DNA of 40,440 bases from Patescibacteria group bacterium. GTDB lineage: Bacteria > Patescibacteriota > Microgenomatia > UBA12405 > JAHJSD01. The position numbers were made by a program, and so were the translations under genes. Position 1 is the first letter of the stretch. Each line of letters begins with the position of its first letter. The stretch covers positions 1 through 40,440 of the forward strand of contig JAHJSD010000024.1 in the NCBI GenBank assembly GCA_018830585.1, read 5' to 3'. This document shows, one piece after another, positions 34,584 through 40,440 of the stretch. Below the pieces are notes generated by a model that did not search any database, was not told the origin of the DNA, and saw only the letters and a list, made by a program, of their open reading frames with translations.

Positions 34584-35888
34584 GTGATCGAAACCCTCTT
34601 CAATACCAGCCTCTGGGGAGACGAAGCTTTCAGCGCGATAGCTTGTCAAAAACCGTTCCTGTCGATGATGCAAGTAGTCTTTAAAGACACCTCGCCACCG
34701 CTGATGTACTTAATTATGTGGCTTTGGTTCAGAATCTTCGGCTCCTCGGAAATAGCCATCAGAAGCCTATCTTTGCTTTTTTATTTAGGAACAACTTTGG
34801 TGGTTTATTTAATCGGTAAAAAACTTTTTGATGTTAAAACCGGTATCATCGCCAGCCTGCTGACCTTTTTTAACCCTTTCCTTTTCCCCTATGCTTTTGA
34901 AGGAAGAATGTATTTCTGTCTGCTGTTTTTTGTCGTCCTTTCGTTTTATTTTCTGGTTTCCGAAAAAAAGACCGGCTATATTCTAAGCGCCGCGGCGGCG
35001 CTTTATTGCCATCATTTTGCCATCTTAGCCGTTTTTTCCCAATTTATTTACCAAGCAATTAAAGTTAAAAAGTTAAATTCCAAAAGTATCAGGGGGGTAG
35101 TCAAGCCGTACCTGTTTATCGCTCTTTTATACCTGCCCTGGATCTACCCTCTCTATCGGCAAACCAAATTGGTTGCCGGAGGGTTCTGGTTAGGAAAACC
35201 GGAATTAAAAGACCTGATAGGAATTTTCTATCACTTTTTAACTCACGAGATAGTCATCAAAGCCCAGAATTTTATTATTATTTTGGCCGCCGCCCTTTTA
35301 GCCCTAAGAAAGTGGCGGAAAAAAGAAATTGCCGACGATCTGTTTTTATTAAGCTGGGCGATACTCCCAGTCTTATTGGCTTTTTTAATTTCCCAAACAA
35401 AACTTTCCATATTCTACGAACGCTATCTCTTGTACTCCGTGCCGCCGATTATGCTGCTTTTGTCTTCAAAAACCAGGAAAATCTCAATCCCTCTGCTCGG
35501 CTTCATCCTGTTAATTTTTATCACCGTTTCCTGGCACTATTTTAGCCACCCGTTTAAGCGGCCGTTTAGGGAATTCGCCGGCTGGGTAAAAAATAACGTT
35601 TCGGCTGACACTTTTATTGCCAATTACAACGGCGGTTCGCATCACCTTTGGGAAACAAAATATTACGGAATTGAAGCGCCGATCTATCTGCCCGAAGGGA
35701 AGTTGCCTTTCTTCGTCGGCACCGCCCAAATGGGACCGGAAGACACTATCCGTAAATTTCCCCAAGAGAGGCCGATTGGGTTGATAAGCAGCGAGGACCC
35801 GGACAACATCAAAATCACTGATTATTGGATTACCGGATACCACAAAGTTGGTTCTCTCTATTTTGTAAGCCTGATCAAAGAGCAATGA
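34584..35888 (+). CDS. GT-C fold glycosyltransferase (PMT_2/ArnT-like)
   Basis: 434 aa, polytopic. WGDEAFS acidic loop motif lies very near the N-terminus. GTG start immediately after repeat DNA, so the N-terminus may be truncated. Confidence 0.72.
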   Translation: MIETLFNTSLWGDEAFSAIACQKPFLSMMQVVFKDTSPPLMYLIMWLWFRIFGSSEIAIRSLSLLFYLGTTLVVYLIGKKLFDVKTGIIASLLTFFNPFLFPYAFEGRMYFCLLFFVVLSFYFLVSEKKTGYILSAAAALYCHHFAILAVFSQFIYQAIKVKKLNSKSIRGVVKPYLFIALLYLPWIYPLYRQTKLVAGGFWLGKPELKDLIGIFYHFLTHEIVIKAQNFIIILAAALLALRKWRKKEIADDLFLLSWAILPVLLAFLISQTKLSIFYERYLLYSVPPIMLLLSSKTRKISIPLLGFILLIFITVSWHYFSHPFKRPFREFAGWVKNNVSADTFIANYNGGSHHLWETKYYGIEAPIYLPEGKLPFFVGTAQMGPEDTIRKFPQERPIGLISSEDPDNIKITDYWITGYHKVGSLYFVSLIKEQ

Positions 35889-37336
35889 AATGTAAACTTG
35901 ATAAACAAATAGTTTTCCTTTTGTTTTTAAATTTACTTTTATTCCTGCCCAGTCTTTTTGAACCGATTTCCTACGGCGACGAATGTATTTATTTAACCTT
36001 AGGACAGGCACTAAGAAAGGGCTCGGTCTTCTACCGCGATATCCACGACAACAAGCCGCCGCTTCTTTATTTCTTAGCCGCCGCCAGCTTCGGCCGGCTG
36101 TCTTTACTGCGCGCCTTCAATCTGGTTTTTAACCTTTTCCACTTAGGTTTGGTTTATTACTTGGCCAAGAAATTGACCAAAAACCGGCTGGCTTCTTTTT
36201 TCGCGGGCTTATCTTTTACTATTCTTTACCTTCTTTTTGAAGGCAAAACCGCTAACGGGGAAATGTTTATGATGGTGCCGGCCACCTTGGCCGTTTACCT
36301 TCTTTTAGAAGACAAAAAAGCTAAAAATTTCCGGAAAAGCTGTCTAATAGGCTGTTTGTTCGCTATCGGGTTTCTATTTAAAATTCCGCTTGCTTTTGAT
36401 TTTGCCGGCATTATCTTCGCTTATTATTTCCTGCCGCTGAAAAAAATATCATTGGGAAATCTCAGAAAAGTTTTTGGTAACAGACAATTAATTGGCAATC
36501 TTTTAGGCTTTTCAATGCCGATTTTAGCCAGTATTGTTTATTACGCCGCCAAAGGCGCTTTTACTCCTTACGTCCGTTCCGCTCTTTTGCAAAACATCGG
36601 CTATCTTTCTTCCTGGCAGGGAAGCGGCTCCGATTTAATAATCAAATTCGGGCTGACGGCGGCCATTGCCTTAATTATCTTGGTTCTAAGAAAATCTATC
36701 TCTAAAAATTTTGCTTTTTTCGGTCTCTGGTTTGTCTTTGCTCTGTTCGGCGCCTTGCTTTCCGGCCGGCCCTATCCCCATTATTTGATCGAAACAGTGC
36801 CAAGCTTGTCGATTCTGATTGCTCTGGCCTGGTCCGAGAAAAAATTTAAAAACATCGCTATCACAACCGCCGCTTTCGGTCTGCTTTTGACCGGATATTC
36901 CTATTACCGATTCTGGTATTATCCGATTTTGCCCTACTACAAAAACTTTTTCCTTTTTGTCAGCGGCAGGATTAGTCAAAAACAATATCTCAGTTTTTGG
37001 GGAGAAAAAACGGCCAATGATTACCGCTTGGCCCGGCTGATTAAAGAGCATACTTTACCAACAGAGCCTGTTTTTATCTGGGGAGACGGAGCCTGCGCTT
37101 ACGCCATTGCCGACCGGCTGCCAACAGGCAAATATACCGTCAATTACCATATTTTCGACTTTAACGGCTTTGAAGAAACATTAAACTCAATCAAAGATAA
37201 AAAACCAAAAGTAATCGTAAAGCTCAACGGCGAAAAAACGGTCTGGCCGGAATTGAATCAGTTACTATTCAAAGACTACCGGCTTTTTCTCTATCCCGAA
37301 ATCTCCGACCGGGTCTTTCTGCTCAAACGAAATTGA
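35885..37336 (+). CDS. GT-C fold glycosyltransferase (PMT_2/ArnT-like)
   Basis: ATGA start/stop overlap with the upstream gene (ORF open from 35825). YGDECIYLTLG loop motif. Polytopic with a soluble C-terminal domain. Confidence 0.75.
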   Translation: MKCKLDKQIVFLLFLNLLLFLPSLFEPISYGDECIYLTLGQALRKGSVFYRDIHDNKPPLLYFLAAASFGRLSLLRAFNLVFNLFHLGLVYYLAKKLTKNRLASFFAGLSFTILYLLFEGKTANGEMFMMVPATLAVYLLLEDKKAKNFRKSCLIGCLFAIGFLFKIPLAFDFAGIIFAYYFLPLKKISLGNLRKVFGNRQLIGNLLGFSMPILASIVYYAAKGAFTPYVRSALLQNIGYLSSWQGSGSDLIIKFGLTAAIALIILVLRKSISKNFAFFGLWFVFALFGALLSGRPYPHYLIETVPSLSILIALAWSEKKFKNIAITTAAFGLLLTGYSYYRFWYYPILPYYKNFFLFVSGRISQKQYLSFWGEKTANDYRLARLIKEHTLPTEPVFIWGDGACAYAIADRLPTGKYTVNYHIFDFNGFEETLNSIKDKKPKVIVKLNGEKTVWPELNQLLFKDYRLFLYPEISDRVFLLKRN

Positions 37337-37382
37337 GGCAATTGAATACCTTAAATAAGCCTTAGATGATAAAATAGCTTCG

Positions 37383-38891
37383 ATGGAACGAGTTTGGAAT
37401 AGCCGCCGGTTTTATCGGTTTCTGGAAATGATTCCCGGGTTGCTTTCCTGGAATGTGATTCTTTTCCTTGTCTGGGGATCGCTGCTGATACCCAGGGTAG
37501 TTGCCTATTTCGTGATCGCCTTCCTGATCTTTTGGCTTTATCAGTCTTTCAAATCCGCTATCCTCAGTATTCAAGGATTCTGGCAAATAAAAAAAGCTCA
37601 GAAAATCAACTGGCGCCAAAGGTATCTTTCCGAAAAGAAAGACCAAAAAGGCTGGCTCAGCTGGAAAAAAATAAAACACATTATCATTATCCCCACCTAC
37701 AAGGAGCCTCTCAGCGTTTTATCTAAAAATTTAGATTGTCTATCCGGACAAAAAGGCGTTAGTTTTGAAAAACTAACCGTAGTTTTGGCCATGGAAAAAA
37801 GAGACCCGAATTGCCGATTAATCGCGGAAGAGGTTGTTGAAAAGTATCAAAACCGTTTCGGCAGGCTGGTGGTCACTTATCACCCTCCGGATATCACCGG
37901 AGAGATAAAAGGCAAGGCTTCAAATGAAGCTTGGGCTGCCAAAGAAATCAAAAAGATCTTGATCGACCGGGAGGGGGGCGACATAAATTATTTCACTATC
38001 ACCAGTTCCGATGCCGACACTTGCTTTCACCCCAAACACTTTTCCGCTCTCAGCTATTACTTCGCCAAAAACAGAAAAAGATACCTTAGATTCTGGCAAT
38101 CGCCGATCCTTTTTTACAACAACCTTGACCGGGTTCCGGCGCCGGTAAGAATTGTCAGCATTATCGGTAATATTATTCACATCGGCCAACTTAAAGACCC
38201 AAGCGGGCTCCTTTTTAACCAATCATCTTACTCGCTTTCACTTAAGCTATTAGATGAGGCCGGCTACTGGGATACCGACATCATACCCGAAGATTGGCAT
38301 TTATTTTTACAAGCCTTTTTTACTAAGGAAGGCAAGGTTGGGGTAGTGCCCATTTTTCTGCCTACCAATATGGATGCGCCGGAGGGGAAAACTCCGTTTG
38401 AAGCGATCAAAAACCGATACCTTCAATGCCAGCGCCACGCCTGGGGAGCGACCGACATTCCTTACACCATCATCCAGGCTAAAAAACACCCCGAGATACC
38501 GTTGGTTTTAAGACTGCTTAGGATTTATAAACTGCTTGAAGCTCATTTTATCTGGTCAACCAACTGGTTTATCCTATCCCTCGGAGCCTCCTTGCCGCCA
38601 ATATTAAACCCCAAGTTTTTCCAAACTTCTTTCGGCTACAATCTGCCTAAGTTTTCACAAACGATTTTGACCGTCTGCCTGCTGGCTTTATTGGTAATCA
38701 TAGTTTTGGATTGGAAACTGGACCCTAAAAAAAACAAAGGTCTTTCTTTTTTCAAAAAAATTATTTATCTGATCCAATGGTTTCTGATGCCGGTGGCGAC
38801 CTTATTTATGTCTGTCTTGCCGGGACTGCACGCGCAAACCAAACTTCTTTTCGGAAAACGCTTAGAATACTTAGTTACTAAAAAATATTAA
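37383..38891 (+). CDS. Membrane-embedded family 2 glycosyltransferase (processive-synthase-like)
   Basis: IIIPTYKEP, SDADT (DxD) and QCQRHAWG (Q-x-x-R-W-like) motifs. N- and C-terminal TM helices. Confidence 0.82.
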   Translation: MERVWNSRRFYRFLEMIPGLLSWNVILFLVWGSLLIPRVVAYFVIAFLIFWLYQSFKSAILSIQGFWQIKKAQKINWRQRYLSEKKDQKGWLSWKKIKHIIIIPTYKEPLSVLSKNLDCLSGQKGVSFEKLTVVLAMEKRDPNCRLIAEEVVEKYQNRFGRLVVTYHPPDITGEIKGKASNEAWAAKEIKKILIDREGGDINYFTITSSDADTCFHPKHFSALSYYFAKNRKRYLRFWQSPILFYNNLDRVPAPVRIVSIIGNIIHIGQLKDPSGLLFNQSSYSLSLKLLDEAGYWDTDIIPEDWHLFLQAFFTKEGKVGVVPIFLPTNMDAPEGKTPFEAIKNRYLQCQRHAWGATDIPYTIIQAKKHPEIPLVLRLLRIYKLLEAHFIWSTNWFILSLGASLPPILNPKFFQTSFGYNLPKFSQTILTVCLLALLVIIVLDWKLDPKKNKGLSFFKKIIYLIQWFLMPVATLFMSVLPGLHAQTKLLFGKRLEYLVTKKY

Positions 38892-38909
38892 TCCGGTAAA
38901 AACAAAATC

Positions 38910-39311
38910 ATGGAAAAAACATCACTGGCAAAAACCTTACGGTACGGACTGCTTTCCTCTTTGGCAAATTTAGGCAGTCTCTGGATAGTAAAAACTATCC
39001 GTCACTCGATCGAAACCTGTTTAGTGCTGATAATTCTTCAGATCGGCGCAATTTGGCTTTCCTACCCAAATCTGCCAAGCGAGGTGCCTCTTTACTACAG
39101 TCTGCCTTGGGGCAGAGCCCAATTGGTTCCATCTTCGTCACTCTTTTATCTGCCCGGTTTATCGTTAGCGGTTCTGACCATCAACATAATTTTGGCCCTG
39201 CCTTTTATTAAATCGGAAAAGTTTTTAAGCATTTGCCTCCTTTGGACCAGCGGTTTATTTTCTCTTTTTTGTTTGATTACCTTGGCCAAAATTATTATTT
39301 TAATCAGCTAA
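38910..39311 (+). CDS. Small polytopic membrane protein (hypothetical)
   Basis: 133 aa, about 4 hydrophobic helices, tightly packed within the glycosyltransferase operon. Confidence 0.55.
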   Translation: MEKTSLAKTLRYGLLSSLANLGSLWIVKTIRHSIETCLVLIILQIGAIWLSYPNLPSEVPLYYSLPWGRAQLVPSSSLFYLPGLSLAVLTINIILALPFIKSEKFLSICLLWTSGLFSLFCLITLAKIIILIS

Positions 39312-39313
39312 AA

Positions 39314-40366
39314 ATGCTTTCATTGCTAATTTTCCCCTGTCTGACTTCATTATTTCTCTCTTTGGTTATCACTCCGGTTGTGATCGCTGTTTTTAAAAAG
39401 AAAGGCTGGGTCGACAAATCAAAAAACAAAGAGCACCCAAAACACATCCACACTAAACCGGTGCCAAGAGGCGGCGGAATCAGCATCTTTCTGGCCGTGT
39501 TGGTAACCGCGCTTATTTTTTTAACTCCGGATAAACATCTTAAGGCGATTTTTTTTGCCGCGTCAATCACTTTACTGGTCGGGGTAGTTGATGACTTATT
39601 TAATATCAACCCTTATTTAAGAATTTTAACCAATTCAATCGCCGCCCTGATCATTATCAACTCCGGAATAAAAGTAGATTATCTAACCAATCCGTTCGGC
39701 GGCATTTTAGATTTAAAAAAATATTTAGGTCCGTTTTTCCTGCCGGATATTATTACTTTAGTCTGGATTCTCTGGTGCATTAACGTAGTTGGCTGGTCTG
39801 CCGGAGTAGACGGGCAACTGCCCGGTTTTGTTTCGATCACCGGCTTTGTTATCGGCCTGCTTAGCCTGCGCTTTTCACAGGATATTACCCAGTGGCCGGT
39901 GATTGTTTTAGCCGGAGCAGTCAGCGGGGCTTATTTAGGGTTTCTGCCTTTTAATTTTCACCCTCAAAAAATCATGCCCGGCTACAGCGGTAAAAGTTTG
40001 GCCGGGCTCTTAATTGCAATTTTAGCGATACTTTCCGGAGCCAAGCTTGCCACGGTAATCCTAACTTTGGGAATACCGATGTTGGACGGTCTTTGGGCGA
40101 TTATCAGAAGAACAACCCGGGGCAGAATGCCGGTTTGGGGCGACGCGGAGCACCTCCACCATCTTCTTTTAAAAGTCGGGGTTAATAAACCATTAATCGC
40201 GATAATCTACTGGCTTTTTTCGGCAACTTTAGGCGCGATAGTGCTTCAACTAAACAGCAAGCAAAAAATCTGGGCTCTGCTTATGGTCGCCACCGGGTTT
40301 ATCGCCTTAGTGCTTAATTTGAAAAAGCTGATCAGAAAGAAATGTCACTCGAATTTTTCCGCGTAA
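39314..40366 (+). CDS. Polyprenyl-phosphate sugar-1-phosphate transferase, MraY/WecA family (GT4 fold family)
   Basis: VGVVDDLFN and NVVGWSAGVDGQLPG motifs, about 10 TM helices. ATG at 39314 follows the upstream stop (ORF open from 39233). Confidence 0.87.
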   Translation: MLSLLIFPCLTSLFLSLVITPVVIAVFKKKGWVDKSKNKEHPKHIHTKPVPRGGGISIFLAVLVTALIFLTPDKHLKAIFFAASITLLVGVVDDLFNINPYLRILTNSIAALIIINSGIKVDYLTNPFGGILDLKKYLGPFFLPDIITLVWILWCINVVGWSAGVDGQLPGFVSITGFVIGLLSLRFSQDITQWPVIVLAGAVSGAYLGFLPFNFHPQKIMPGYSGKSLAGLLIAILAILSGAKLATVILTLGIPMLDGLWAIIRRTTRGRMPVWGDAEHLHHLLLKVGVNKPLIAIIYWLFSATLGAIVLQLNSKQKIWALLMVATGFIALVLNLKKLIRKKCHSNFSA

Positions 40367-40440
40367 AGACCGGAGATCCAACCCTCTTTCTTTTCCTGGT
40401 AAAGGATTTTATACCAGCCGGACTCCTCGTCTAACAGAGG
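40345..40440 (-). CDS. C-terminal fragment of a gene running off the window (SH3b-like end)
   Basis: Reverse-strand frame reads PLLDEESGWYKILYQEKKEGWISGLYAEKFE-stop. The GW..(I/V) pattern resembles bacterial SH3 domains. Only 31 codons are visible. Confidence 0.35.
   Translation of the reverse strand, partial: PLLDEESGWYKILYQEKKEGWISGLYAEKFE

Overview
The window looks like a streamlined, repeat-rich bacterial genome. Gene content and repeat style suggest a CPR/Patescibacteria-type organism, but that lineage call is inference only. Housekeeping genes present are tRNA-Lys(CUU), a PurF-like protein, Obg, a FemAB-family transferase, UvrD/PcrA, family-4 UDG, MurJ, S20 and MetRS. They sit among many cell-envelope glycosylation genes. 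These include five GT-C/PMT-like or DUF2298 membrane proteins, a UbiA-family prenyltransferase, a GT2 and a WecA/MraY-like transferase. A six-gene minus-strand block (21.1-26.9 kb) is the best candidate for an undescribed system. It has an overlapping PilN-like/PilO-like pair followed by Pro/Thr-linker, Cys-rich surface proteins with C-terminal sorting-signal-like anchors. Mobile and repeat content is high. There is an IS630-family element whose transposase is broken by an 8-bp tandem duplication, plus derived MITEs. A hairpin MITE family has three copies, and several short palindromic repeat families form mosaics in most intergenic regions. One hairpin repeat is inserted in frame inside a membrane-protein gene. 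Other points of interest are a complete minimal type III hammerhead-ribozyme motif next to the IS and a duplicated metG 3' end bracketing a 1.27-kb AT-rich two-gene cassette. The tRNA-Lys gene is also flanked by orphan copies of its own 5' and 3' ends. All functional calls come from reading motifs in the supplied translations; no database search was run.
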